Shown: positions 10,684-20,654 of the stretch, one piece after another | Layout of the letters: every line of letters starts with the position of its first letter | How positions within the stretch are numbered: position 1 is the stretch's first letter | DNA from: Verrucomicrobiota bacterium | GTDB lineage: Bacteria; Verrucomicrobiota; Verrucomicrobiia; Limisphaerales; Palsa-1400 | Assembly: GCA_049510745.1 (NCBI GenBank) | Contig: JBEKYR010000004.1 | Location: forward strand, 166,429-230,428 | Length of the DNA: 64,000 nt | Reading direction: 5' to 3' | Notes under the pieces: model-generated | The model's database searches: none | Seen by the model: only the letters and a program-made list of their open reading frames with translations | Told to the model about the DNA's origin: nothing | Made by a program: the position numbers and the translations under genes

Positions 10684-12933
10684 ATGACACGAACTGAAGC
10701 TCAATCCACTAAACGGCAAAACCGGGCAACCGCCTGCATACTCTCAACCATGCTCGCGACTGGCGCCCTCCTTAATGCGCTTGGCGCAAGCGTGGAGCCT
10801 AATTTGCTTAAAAACGCCGGTTTCGAAGAATCGGCCGACAAAGGAAATCCGCCGCACTGGAGCACGGCCGTCGGCAGCAATGGCAAACCACAGGTCACCG
10901 ATCAAGCTTCTCATGGCGGCCGAAAGGCCTTGGCCATTCCCGAATACACGGCGGTGGAACAAAAGGTCGAACTGGCCAAAGCCGGCGCCTACCTGGCTCG
11001 TGCATGGGTCAAGTCCGAAGCCCAACAAACCATCACCTTTGTGGTGCAGGATACCAACCAGCCCTGGGTTGGGTACACCTGCGCGGAAATCAAGGTGCCC
11101 AGCAATCAATGGGTGCAAGTCGAGGCCTTCTGCTCCTTGGATAAAGACGGCAGCCTCACTGTCACGCTGGGCGGAGTATCGAAGGATTTCCGCCTCTACC
11201 ACGGCGTGAGCGCGGTCATGGGAAGCCCCATCCTTGTCGATGACCTCGAACTCTTCCGATACCAGCCCGGCGACGGCCCGGTGACCGTGTGGGAAGTCAA
11301 GCAGGGAGCCTTGGATTGGTCCAGGCGCGGTCAATGGTCACAAGTCAGAACCCCGGCCAAATCCATCGCGGGCGACTGCGTCATCCAAAGCCCGCGCCTG
11401 GCCGGTATTGTGCGCAAGACCGACGGCAGCCTGGAAATCTCATCCATACTAAATGGCCAGCTCAAGCCGCGCTGCACGCTGATCCCCTCGATCCCCATCC
11501 CCGCCGCCAGGTGCGGCCTCGTCACAGCGAAGAATCGGAGGGGCATTCGCGTCAGTTCCGATGAGGGAGACCGCTCCTACACCGCCTGGTTCACCTCTGA
11601 AGGTCTGATCAGCCTGGCCGCCGACCACATACCGCAATTCCAGGTCAAGGATTGCCACCTGCGTTATGGGCTGCTGCCTTCGTTCGTGGGCACGGACATC
11701 TGTTACGCGCCCAAGAAAATGCCGGGTGGCAACGCCTTCAACCTGCCCTCGACGCAGTGGCTGGTTGGACTCGTGGACGGGAACGACAGCATGCTCGTCA
11801 CGGTCTGGGAATCCGACGCGCAGGCGGTGTCGATGGGACTCGTGGGGGAGGGAGACAACCGCCTCATTGATTCTCTGACGATCTCCACTGCGAACGCCGG
11901 CTTTTCCCTGTCGTTGGTCGAGCACACCAACCTGTGGCACCGGGAAGACCTAAAAGAGGATTGGCTCGCCGAATATGTCCCGATTGACTGGCAACGCCCG
12001 TTCCCGGCCCAGTGGATGTGTCACTTCTTTGTCACTCCTGGAGGCAAGCCCACGTTTCGGCAACCTTGCCTGAACTACTCTTTCCCCATCGCCTGTGCCA
12101 AGACGCGAGTGTGGGCCACCTGGTTTGAGGATTGGAATCACTATCCCTTCTTCTTCGACGGGCCGCGAACCATGTTCCACTTCGAAAAATCCTTCATCCC
12201 GAATGGTGAAGCCCTGATTTACTTCCTTCAACCCGCCGCCGCCGACCTTTATTCGCCGTGCGAAATCGTCCAGCAGGCTTTGGGCCGGGAGAAGGCGATG
12301 GTGCTTTTTGATTTCGACGCCAATCGCCTGCGCAAGTTGAAATACTCCACGCCCGACGAGTTCATGTATGACCGGCCGGTGTGCGCCACCACCACGCGTC
12401 TTTTCAGGATCAAGAAGGAGGACAAAGCCACGGTGGGTGTGAATCTGGCCACCCATCTCTACGAGTTTATCCGGGAAATCAGGCTGCGCGTTGACGATTA
12501 CGGCGCCTTTTTCGCCCAAACCCAAGACTACCTGGAAAGCCAGAAGAAGGCCCAACCGGAACTGAACGATTACCTGGAGGAGATGGAAGCGATGGTGGCC
12601 GAAGCCCAAGTCAAATCCCGCGAGATTTACGCGACCAGCCTGCCCGCCGTGCAAGAAAAAACCGAGGCGATCAAGAAGCTCCTGCTGGAAGGAACAGGAG
12701 ATGGGTTCAGTTTTGGGATTTTGGATTGCAGACCCACCGCCGGTTCGCAAGATGACACCTGCCGCCGCTGCAGTCGATCGGTCATGCGGTTGGTGCAAAC
12801 AGCCGCTCTGAAGTGTGGCGATTCCCCTCAAAAAGCCGTCATCGCCAAGCATATTTGGGATCAATCGCGCGTCATTTTGCGGCAACCGACGCGTTGGGAA
12901 TCGCGACGGACCTTGTGGTTCTTTGAGCCGTGA
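10684..12933 (+). CDS. Exported hypothetical protein: N-terminal CBM-like domain, C-terminal helical region
   Basis: Signal peptide followed by NLLKNAGFE (CBM4/16-like start); 749-aa ORF overlapping the next ORF. Confidence 0.65.
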   Translation: MTRTEAQSTKRQNRATACILSTMLATGALLNALGASVEPNLLKNAGFEESADKGNPPHWSTAVGSNGKPQVTDQASHGGRKALAIPEYTAVEQKVELAKAGAYLARAWVKSEAQQTITFVVQDTNQPWVGYTCAEIKVPSNQWVQVEAFCSLDKDGSLTVTLGGVSKDFRLYHGVSAVMGSPILVDDLELFRYQPGDGPVTVWEVKQGALDWSRRGQWSQVRTPAKSIAGDCVIQSPRLAGIVRKTDGSLEISSILNGQLKPRCTLIPSIPIPAARCGLVTAKNRRGIRVSSDEGDRSYTAWFTSEGLISLAADHIPQFQVKDCHLRYGLLPSFVGTDICYAPKKMPGGNAFNLPSTQWLVGLVDGNDSMLVTVWESDAQAVSMGLVGEGDNRLIDSLTISTANAGFSLSLVEHTNLWHREDLKEDWLAEYVPIDWQRPFPAQWMCHFFVTPGGKPTFRQPCLNYSFPIACAKTRVWATWFEDWNHYPFFFDGPRTMFHFEKSFIPNGEALIYFLQPAAADLYSPCEIVQQALGREKAMVLFDFDANRLRKLKYSTPDEFMYDRPVCATTTRLFRIKKEDKATVGVNLATHLYEFIREIRLRVDDYGAFFAQTQDYLESQKKAQPELNDYLEEMEAMVAEAQVKSREIYATSLPAVQEKTEAIKKLLLEGTGDGFSFGILDCRPTAGSQDDTCRRCSRSVMRLVQTAALKCGDSPQKAVIAKHIWDQSRVILRQPTRWESRRTLWFFEP

Positions 12934-13898
12934 ACCAAACCGTCATCAGTTTGTCCATGAACCTTGCGCCCACGCCGACCTTTCCACCTGAAATGAGAAT
13001 CGAACCTTTTCTCCCGTCGTCTCGCCGGAGCGCGCAGCGCGGCGCTTCCCAACTGCCGTCTTGTCCAACGGCCGCCCTCTGCTGTTCCGTTCTGGCTGCG
13101 ATGGTTTTGACCGGATGCAGCCCAGCGACCGAGCCTTCACCAACCGCGGCCAGTTCCGTCGTGAAGACCAAGTGTGGCAGTGACATGGTCGCCATTCCCG
13201 CGGGCCAATTCACGATGGGGTCCAAAGAGGGGCCGATTGACGTGAAGCCGGAACACGTGGTCAGAATTGACGCGTTTCTCATGGATCAGCGGGAGATCAC
13301 GCAGGCAGCTTATGAAGCGGTCACAGGCAGCAACCCCTCGCGGCGCAAAAATCCCAAGAACCCAGTCGAGCAAGTCACCTGGTCCGCCGCGGCGCGATTC
13401 TGCAATGCCCGGTCGCTGCAAGAGGGCCTGACGCCCTGCTATGACACGAACACCTGGGAGTGCGATTTTTCAGCCACTGGATACCGGCTGCCCACCGAAG
13501 CGGAATGGGAGTACGCGTGCCGCGCGGGCAGCACCACTCAATATTACTATGGCGATAATCCGGAGGAACTGAAATCCCATGCATGGTTCGAGGGCAACTC
13601 CGAAGGTCATCCGCATCCGGTTGCCCAGCGCAAGCCCAACGCCTGGAACCTCTTCGACATGGCCGGAAACGTGTGGGAATGGTGCAACGATTATTACGGC
13701 GCCAAGTACTATCGCCAAAGCCCCGCAGACAATCCCCATGGGCCGAAGGAAGGCGAAAAGCGCGTGCTCAGAGGCGGAGCCTGGTCCGCCAGCTCCGCCA
13801 ATTGCACTTCCTGGGTGCGGAACTGTGACGAGGCTGGTTTGACCGACATCTGCCTGACCGGGGATTCCAACGGCTTCCGGTGCGTGCGCAAGAAGTGA
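12930..13898 (+). CDS. Formylglycine-generating-enzyme (SUMF1) fold protein, probable lipoprotein; start uncertain
   Basis: LTGC lipobox; IPAGQFTMGS, YRLPTEAEWEYACRAG, DMAGNVWEWC, RVLRGG, GFRCVR. Confidence 0.85.
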   Translation: MNQTVISLSMNLAPTPTFPPEMRIEPFLPSSRRSAQRGASQLPSCPTAALCCSVLAAMVLTGCSPATEPSPTAASSVVKTKCGSDMVAIPAGQFTMGSKEGPIDVKPEHVVRIDAFLMDQREITQAAYEAVTGSNPSRRKNPKNPVEQVTWSAAARFCNARSLQEGLTPCYDTNTWECDFSATGYRLPTEAEWEYACRAGSTTQYYYGDNPEELKSHAWFEGNSEGHPHPVAQRKPNAWNLFDMAGNVWEWCNDYYGAKYYRQSPADNPHGPKEGEKRVLRGGAWSASSANCTSWVRNCDEAGLTDICLTGDSNGFRCVRKK

Positions 13899-13906
13899 GC
13901 TTGGGA

Positions 13907-14173
13907 TCGCTCGCCAGTGCGGTGACGTTTGGCGGGTGGTTTGGCGGCCGTATAGGCGCTTGCATGAATCGGCGGGTCATGGCCCAGAACATCGATAGAT
14001 TTGTTGCGCCTTTCCGAGAGCGCGACAACGGTTCCTGGGAAAGCGAATACTGGGGCAAATGGTTCACCTCCGCAGCCTTCGGTTATCTTTATCAGCCCTC
14101 GGCGGAACACAAGGCCAAGATTGACCAGGCCGTGCGCGCCCTGCTTCAGACCCAGAGCCCGGACGGACAGATC
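13907..14173 (+). pseudogene. Internal fragment of a GH127-like beta-L-arabinofuranosidase gene
   Basis: RRVMAQNIDRFVAPF...WESEYWGKWFTSA...IDQAVRALLQTQSPDG resembles the GH127 N-terminal region; truncated on both sides. Confidence 0.6.
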
Positions 14174-14840
14174 ACACCCGGTGATCCTCGCGGATGATTG
14201 TGCGGCAGCCGCCGGCCTGGCTGGAACGCCAGTTCTTGGGCGGTTTCGTCTTCTTGAGTTGGTCCAATTGACCGATTTCCTTGAGACGCAGGTAGATGAG
14301 TTGCCAGGCACAAGGGCGGGCCGGGTCCACTTCGCAGTGGTCTTCACGGGAGCCGCTGCACGGGCCATTGAGCATGCGTTTGGCACAGCGGGTGACCGGG
14401 CAAATGCCGCCGTAGAGGTGGAGCACACAGGCGCCACACGCGCCACATTTTTCCGCCCAGACTCCGCGTTCCTCGAGGATGCCGATGAATGCGGTGTCCA
14501 AGCCGGCATAGACCGGTTTGCCGCTGTAACGCTCGGCCAGGGCCTGCACGCCGGCGCCGCAACCCAGGGACAAGACGGCGTCGTGGTTCTTGATGGCCTC
14601 GGCCGCTTGCTCGAGGAAGACGTTGTCGCACTGGCGTTCGATGGTGGCTTCATCGACTTCGAGGGGGAGGCCTTTGAGTTTTGCCGCCATGCGCAACGCG
14701 GAGGCGATGATGCTGACTTCGCGTTGTCCGCCGGCCAGGCAGACGGTGACGCAGGTGCCACAACCGAGCAAGAGCAGCTTTCGGTGTTTTTCCACTATGG
14801 CCAGCAGGTCAGGGATGTTCTTTCTTTGTGCAACGATCAT
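14172..14840 (-). CDS. metV: MetV-type small subunit of methylene-THF reductase (MTHFR C-terminal Cys-rich domain)
   Basis: MIVAQRK start overlapping the mvhD stop (ATGA); GCGTCVTVC, ERQC, CGACGAC, CPVTRCAKRMLNGPCSG, CEVD..PCAW. Confidence 0.88.
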   Translation of the reverse strand: MIVAQRKNIPDLLAIVEKHRKLLLLGCGTCVTVCLAGGQREVSIIASALRMAAKLKGLPLEVDEATIERQCDNVFLEQAAEAIKNHDAVLSLGCGAGVQALAERYSGKPVYAGLDTAFIGILEERGVWAEKCGACGACVLHLYGGICPVTRCAKRMLNGPCSGSREDHCEVDPARPCAWQLIYLRLKEIGQLDQLKKTKPPKNWRSSQAGGCRTIIREDHRV

Positions 14841-15283
14841 GAGCAGTTCTCCGGTTTGGGCGAACCATCGGGTTTGATGGGGTTCGGGCCCAGTTTGCGA
14901 ATGGTTTGGACCATGTCGGTAATCGTATCCGCCAGGGGCCGGGCCATGGCGGCGGAAATGTTGACCATGCGGATGCGGTCCTTTTCGAGGCCGATTTCCA
15001 GCAGCAGGTCCCGGGTATAATTGACCCGGCGTTTGGCGCAAAGATTACCTTCGACAAAATGGCAGCCGCCTTCCAGGCAGCCGGCGACCAGCACGCCGTC
15101 CGCGCCGTGTTCCAATGCCTTCATGAAATACTCCGTTTCCAGCCGGCCGGTGCAGGGAGTGCGGATGATGCGCACATTGGGCGGGTACTGGATGCGCATC
15201 GAGCCGGCCAGGTCAGCGGAGGAATAGGCGCAGTAGTGGCAGCAAAAGGCCACAATCTTGGGTTGAAAGGCTTCGGCTTGCAT
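14837..15283 (-). CDS. mvhD: MvhD/FlpD [2Fe-2S] adaptor subunit
   Basis: AFCCHYCAYSSADLAG, RTPCTGR, GADGVLVAGCLEGGCHFVEGN. Confidence 0.93.
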   Translation of the reverse strand: MQAEAFQPKIVAFCCHYCAYSSADLAGSMRIQYPPNVRIIRTPCTGRLETEYFMKALEHGADGVLVAGCLEGGCHFVEGNLCAKRRVNYTRDLLLEIGLEKDRIRMVNISAAMARPLADTITDMVQTIRKLGPNPIKPDGSPKPENCS

Positions 15284-15286
15284 GGC

Positions 15287-18200
15287 TCAGACGGTTTCCA
15301 CCAACTCCCTTTCCGGGTGGGCGGCAGTCAAAAGTTCGCCGTTCCGCTCCGGGAACAATTGCCGGATCATGACCAGGAACTGGTCGGTTTCAAAGTGATG
15401 CAGTTGGATGGCGCGGGCGGGACACTCGGCGGCGCAGATGCCGCAGCCCATGCACTTGGCGGCCTCGATCTGGCCCTTGCCGTCCTTGTTGCAGAACGGC
15501 GCGGAATACGGGCAGACGGTGACGCAGGTCATGCAGGAGATGCATTTCTGCTGGCTGACATAACAGACCTGGGCGCTGACGTCGAGTTGCGTTTTGGAAA
15601 GGACGGTGGCGGCGCGGGCGGCGGCGGCGCGCGCCTGGGAAATGTTCTCGTCGATGAACTTGGGCGAATGGGCCAGCCCGCAAAGGAAGACGCCTTCGGT
15701 GGCGAAATCCACCGGCCGCAGCTTCATGTGGGCTTCCACATAAAATCCGTCGGCGTTCAGCGGCACCTTGAGCATGTCGGAAATGCGCTTGTTGTTCTTC
15801 AGGTCGCTTTCAATGCCGGTGCTGAGGACAACATTGTCAGCTTCGACCTGGAGCGGTTCGGGGAAGTCGGGGCTTTTCAGGCTGACGACCAGGCCCTGAG
15901 TATCGCGCACCTCGGGCGGCGCTTCAGGCGTATAGCGGATAAAGACGACACCGGCCCGGCGGGCTTGCTGGTAGTAGAGTTCACGGAAGCCGTAAGTCCT
16001 GACGTCGCGGTAGAGGACGAAGACGTTGGCGGCGGGATCTTGTTTCTTGATGGCCAATGCATTCTTGATGGCCATCGAGCAGCAAATACGGCTGCAGAAA
16101 GGATGCTGCTCGTTGCGCGAGCCGACACACTGGATCATGACGATATTTTGTCCCTTCGCGGGATAGGCTTTGTCGTGCAACAGTTTTTCCAGCTCAACCT
16201 GCGTCAAGACGCCTGCGGAGCGGCCATACAAGAACTCGGAGGTCCTGGCTTGGCGCGCGCCGGTGGCGACGATGATGGCGCCACCGGACACTTCGAGTGG
16301 CTGGCCGCCCTTGACCAGCGACAGATGGAATTTGCCGACGTGGCCTTTGATGGCGGAGATTTCTGTTTCCAGATACAGCTTGATGTGGGGATGCTTCTCG
16401 ACTTGCCGGATAAGGGCGTTGGTAAACTGAGCGAGGTCCGCGTGCTCGAAGGTGCTGTGAATCTCGTGCAGGGTCCCTCCCAGACGATTCGTCTGTTCCA
16501 CCAGATGCACCGGAAATCCCTGATTCGCCAGCGCCAGGGCCGCGGTCATGCCACTCAAGCCGCCGCCGATGACCAAGCCCGTCTGGTCAACCTGCAGCGT
16601 CCCGCCTTCCAGCGGCGAGAGCATCCGCGCCCGGGCGATGGCCATGTTGACCAGTTCAACCGCCTTTTCCGTGGCGGATTGCGGCGCCGCGGAATGCACC
16701 CAGGAGCACTGGTCGCGGATGTTGGCCATCTCGAACAAATGGGGATTCAACCCCGCTTCGCGCAAGGTTTCACGGAACAAAGGCTCGTGCGTTCGCGGGG
16801 TGCAGGAGGCCACCACGATACGATTGAGCCGATGCTCGCGGATCGCATCCTTGATGTTCGACAAGCTCGTATCGGAACAGGTGAACATGGTATGAGTCGC
16901 CAACACGACGCCCGGCTGGTTCGCGACGCTTTTCGCGACTCGCTCGACATCTACGACGGAGCCGATGTTCATGCCGCAGTGGCAGACAAAGACCCCCACT
17001 CGCGCTGCTTCATCGGCGACATCATGCTCGGTGGGGTAACTCTTTTTGGTGATCAGCGTATTGCGCGCGGGCGCCAGCAATTCCATTGCCATGGACGCCG
17101 CGGCGCTGGCTTGGGTCACCGTTTCGGGAATGTCCTTGGGCTCCTGGAAGGCGCCGCCGACGAAGACGCCCGGCCGGGAGGTCGATAAGGGGGCCAGGCG
17201 GTCGGTGTGGCAGAAGCCAAAGTCGTTCAGCTTGATGTCGAGGCTGGCCGCGCACTTGGCCATGGACTTCGGCGGTTCCATGCCGACGGACAGAACGATC
17301 AGGTCAAAATCCTGCTGTTGAAGCTGGCTGTTGCCATCCAGAAATTGAACGCGCAGGTCTTTGCTGCCGGGGACCTGAACAATCCGCGAGGGAATGCTTT
17401 TGACGTAGTGGATGTTTTTCTGCGCCCTGGCGCGCTCATAGTACTGGTCAAAATCCTTGCCGTAGGCGCGGATATCCATGTAGAAGATGGTCGCGTCCAG
17501 GCCTTCGACGTGATCGCCCGCCACCATGGCCTGTTTGGTCGCCATCATGCAGCAGATGGACGAGCAATAGTCATTGCCACAAGCCGAATCCCGCGAACCG
17601 ACGCATTGGATCCAGGCGATGCGCTGGGCTTTGCGGCCATCGGACAGCCGGATGACATGCCCTTCAAACGGCCCCGCGGCCGAGAGCATGCGCTCGAATT
17701 GAACACTGGTAACGACGTTGGGATGGCGGCCATAACCGAATTCGCCTTTTCGTTTGGCATCGAATTCACCAAAGCCCGGGGTCAGGATGACAGCGCCCAC
17801 CTCGAGCGTAACGGTCCGCTCCTTCATCGCGTGGTCGATGGCGTGCTGTTGGCAAGTCTCGACGCACCGATTGCACTCCGAGCACAGGGCGCAGTTAAGA
17901 CAACGCTCCGCCTCCGCCAACGCTTGCTCCTCGGTCAGCCCTTTTTCGACTTCGTCGAAATTCCCCAGCCGATTGGCTGGCGGCAGTTCGGCGGCGTGGG
18001 GCCGGTCCTTCTTCGCGACTTTCCCGGCATCGGGCAGCAGCTCCTCCGGCATGGGGTTGACCGTGCTCTCAAAACGGGCAGCCAGCAGGTCCTTGCCGGT
18101 CAAATAGCGTTCGATGGATTCGGCGACCCGTTTGCCGGCCGCGACCGCATCGATCACCGACGCGGGACCCGAGGCATTGTCGCCGCCGGCGAAAACGCCG

Positions 18201-19783
18201 GGGATGGAGGTTTGCCCGGTGACGGGGTCGGCTTTGAAGCAGCCTCTTTCGCTATCAACCGGGATATGCCCGAGCAACTGCTCATCCACCATCTGGCCGA
18301 TGGCCACAATGATTTGGTCGGCTTCCAGAGTGGCCAGGTCGTTTTCGTCAAAGGCGGGACTAAACCGTTTCCGATCGTCGAAGACCCGGAGGCACCGTTT
18401 GATCTCGAGGCCGGTCACGGAACCATTCCCCGTGATGCGCTTGGGGCCCCAGCCGTCGCGGATCGTAATGTTTTCGGCCAGCGTGGCCTCGATTTCTTCC
18501 TTGTAGGCGGGCATTTCATCGCGCCGTTCCAGGCAAACCATCTCGACCTTCCTGGCGCCGAGGCGCAGGGCGGTCCGGGCGACATCCACCGCCACATTGC
18601 CGCCGCCAATCACCAGGACCCGGTCTTTCACCACCGGCTTCCGGGCCGAAGCCGCGTCCCGGAGGAATTCGACACCATGAAACACGCCGTTGATTTGTTC
18701 GCCTTCGATGCGGAGCTTGCGGCTTTTCTGGGCGCCGGCGGAAAGGAATATGGCCTGATAATCCTGCCGGAGCGATTGGAAGGTGATGTTCTCGCCGATG
18801 CGGCAGTTATAGACGAACTTGACGCCCTTGCGGCGGATCAGTTCGACTTCATGGTCCAAAATGTCCTTCGGCAGCCGGTACTCAGGAATCCCCCAGCGGA
18901 GCATGCCGCCGGCGGCGCCGAGCGCTTCAAACACGGTGACGGCAAAACCGGCATCGGCAAGGTCAGCCGCCGCGGTCAATCCGGCCGGGCCGCCGCCAAT
19001 CACAGCGACCTTTTTGGCGTCCGGCGCGGGAGATTTTTCTTCCGGCAAAGCTAGTTTCCCCGCCGCCAGCATTTCGATTTCCTGGTCGGACGCGAACCGT
19101 TTCAACAACCGGATGGCGATGGGATCATCGGCCTTGCCGCGGGTGCAAACGGATTCGCAGGGATGGGTGCAAATCCGGCCGCAGATCGCGGAGAGGGGAT
19201 TTCGCTGGCGAACAAGGTTGACTGCCTTGAGGTATTCCTTCTTCTTGATGAGCTGAACGTAGCCTTGGACGTTGACCCTGGCCGGGCACTTCACCTTGCA
19301 GGGCGCGTGGCCGTGTTTGAGGATGCCAAAGATGTTGGGCGTGGCCTGAGCGTAGAGCTTGGCGATTCCCTTGCGCGTGCCGAGGCAGCGGTTGAACTCG
19401 TCCGGTATATCGACGGGGCACGCTTGGGTGCATTCGCTGCAGCCGGTGCATTTATCCTCGTCAACAAATCGCGGAAACCGCCGGACGGTGGCTTGAAAAT
19501 GCCCCGGATCACCCTTCAGGCCGGTCAATTCCGAGAGTGTCAGGATCTCGACGTTGAGATTCCGCGCGCATTCCACCAGTTTGGGCGAGACAATGCAGGT
19601 CGCGCAATCGCCCGTCGGGAAAGTCTTGTCCAGGTGGGCCATCATGCCGCCGATGGCGGCGTCGCGCTCGACGAGATAGACCTTGAAGCCGCTGTTGGCC
19701 AGGTCCAGCGAGGCCTGCACGCCGGCGATGCCGCCGCCCTGCACCAGCACCGCGCCAATCTTCTTGTCGTCGGATTTGCTCAT
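15287..19783 (-). CDS. hdrA: Giant HdrA-like flavoprotein (HdrL type): two HdrA modules, an inserted GltD-like NAD(P)H module and ferredoxin domains
   Basis: GGGIAG and LDKTFPTGDCATC; insert with APC..CP, ICGRICTHPCE, GGGPAG, GGGNVA; two IQCVGSR/CS.ICC motifs; VFVCHCG; CxxCxxCxxxCP ferredoxins. Confidence 0.92.
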   Translation of the reverse strand: MSKSDDKKIGAVLVQGGGIAGVQASLDLANSGFKVYLVERDAAIGGMMAHLDKTFPTGDCATCIVSPKLVECARNLNVEILTLSELTGLKGDPGHFQATVRRFPRFVDEDKCTGCSECTQACPVDIPDEFNRCLGTRKGIAKLYAQATPNIFGILKHGHAPCKVKCPARVNVQGYVQLIKKKEYLKAVNLVRQRNPLSAICGRICTHPCESVCTRGKADDPIAIRLLKRFASDQEIEMLAAGKLALPEEKSPAPDAKKVAVIGGGPAGLTAAADLADAGFAVTVFEALGAAGGMLRWGIPEYRLPKDILDHEVELIRRKGVKFVYNCRIGENITFQSLRQDYQAIFLSAGAQKSRKLRIEGEQINGVFHGVEFLRDAASARKPVVKDRVLVIGGGNVAVDVARTALRLGARKVEMVCLERRDEMPAYKEEIEATLAENITIRDGWGPKRITGNGSVTGLEIKRCLRVFDDRKRFSPAFDENDLATLEADQIIVAIGQMVDEQLLGHIPVDSERGCFKADPVTGQTSIPGVFAGGDNASGPASVIDAVAAGKRVAESIERYLTGKDLLAARFESTVNPMPEELLPDAGKVAKKDRPHAAELPPANRLGNFDEVEKGLTEEQALAEAERCLNCALCSECNRCVETCQQHAIDHAMKERTVTLEVGAVILTPGFGEFDAKRKGEFGYGRHPNVVTSVQFERMLSAAGPFEGHVIRLSDGRKAQRIAWIQCVGSRDSACGNDYCSSICCMMATKQAMVAGDHVEGLDATIFYMDIRAYGKDFDQYYERARAQKNIHYVKSIPSRIVQVPGSKDLRVQFLDGNSQLQQQDFDLIVLSVGMEPPKSMAKCAASLDIKLNDFGFCHTDRLAPLSTSRPGVFVGGAFQEPKDIPETVTQASAAASMAMELLAPARNTLITKKSYPTEHDVADEAARVGVFVCHCGMNIGSVVDVERVAKSVANQPGVVLATHTMFTCSDTSLSNIKDAIREHRLNRIVVASCTPRTHEPLFRETLREAGLNPHLFEMANIRDQCSWVHSAAPQSATEKAVELVNMAIARARMLSPLEGGTLQVDQTGLVIGGGLSGMTAALALANQGFPVHLVEQTNRLGGTLHEIHSTFEHADLAQFTNALIRQVEKHPHIKLYLETEISAIKGHVGKFHLSLVKGGQPLEVSGGAIIVATGARQARTSEFLYGRSAGVLTQVELEKLLHDKAYPAKGQNIVMIQCVGSRNEQHPFCSRICCSMAIKNALAIKKQDPAANVFVLYRDVRTYGFRELYYQQARRAGVVFIRYTPEAPPEVRDTQGLVVSLKSPDFPEPLQVEADNVVLSTGIESDLKNNKRISDMLKVPLNADGFYVEAHMKLRPVDFATEGVFLCGLAHSPKFIDENISQARAAAARAATVLSKTQLDVSAQVCYVSQQKCISCMTCVTVCPYSAPFCNKDGKGQIEAAKCMGCGICAAECPARAIQLHHFETDQFLVMIRQLFPERNGELLTAAHPERELVETV

Positions 19784-19784
19784 A

Positions 19785-20654
19785 TCAGTTTGCCGCTGCC
19801 TTCTCCAAAACCGTTGAAGCGGGAACCATCAGCTTCTCGAACCCGAGCTCCTCGGGCGCCAGCCCCAGACCAAGCCCAACCAGTTGGGTGATGTACACGA
19901 TGGGCAAGTGATAGTTCTTACCGGTCTGTTTGTTGATATCCTGTTGGCGCAAATCCAGGTTGACCTGGCACATCGGGCAACTGACCGCGATGCAGTCGGC
20001 GCCCGCCTGGCAGGCCATGTCGAGAATCGAATCCGTGAGCTGGACCACCACATCCGTTCGTGAAAGCGACAACCCGCCGCCGCAACATTCGACCTTGCAC
20101 GGCCAGTCCAGGCTTTGGCCGCCCATCGCTTTTACCAGGCGGTCCAGCGAGGTCGGATTTTCCGGGTCGTCGAATTTCAAAATCCTGGGTGGCCGGACCA
20201 GCAGGCACCCGTAGTAACAAGCCACCTTGAGGTTCTTGAGCGGCTTCTTAATGGCGCGGGAGATGGCCTTCAGGCCCACGTCGTCCAGGAGCACTTCGAG
20301 GAAATGCCGCACGTGAACCGAGCCGTCGTAATCGCGCTCCAGCGCCTGGCTGACCTGCTCGCGCATGCCGCGATGGGCGGTGATTTCGTGGTTGGCCACT
20401 TTCATGCGGCTGAAGCAGGCGGCGCAACTGACTACCATGTCCAGTTTGAGGTCCTGGACTTTGGCCAGATTGGCAGCGGGGAGCGAGACAGCCAGGAAGG
20501 GATCGGTCTGGTGGCCGGCGGTCGCGCCACAACAGGTCCAGCCTTCGGGTTCAACCAGTTCAATGCCCAGCGCGCGCGCCACCGCCAAGGTGGATTGGTA
20601 CATGTCCCGGGCGGTGGATTCAGCCGAGCACCCTGGAAAATACGCGTACCTCAT
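19785..20654 (-). CDS. hdrB: Heterodisulfide reductase subunit B
   Basis: Two CCG domains: YFPGC, WTCCG, CAAC, YYGC, ECCG, CPMC. Confidence 0.93.
   Translation of the reverse strand: MRYAYFPGCSAESTARDMYQSTLAVARALGIELVEPEGWTCCGATAGHQTDPFLAVSLPAANLAKVQDLKLDMVVSCAACFSRMKVANHEITAHRGMREQVSQALERDYDGSVHVRHFLEVLLDDVGLKAISRAIKKPLKNLKVACYYGCLLVRPPRILKFDDPENPTSLDRLVKAMGGQSLDWPCKVECCGGGLSLSRTDVVVQLTDSILDMACQAGADCIAVSCPMCQVNLDLRQQDINKQTGKNYHLPIVYITQLVGLGLGLAPEELGFEKLMVPASTVLEKAAAN

Noticed and set aside
12930..13898. FGE/C-type-lectin-fold gene as a diversity-generating retroelement target
   Set aside because: No reverse transcriptase and no second copy of its 3' end seen in the window
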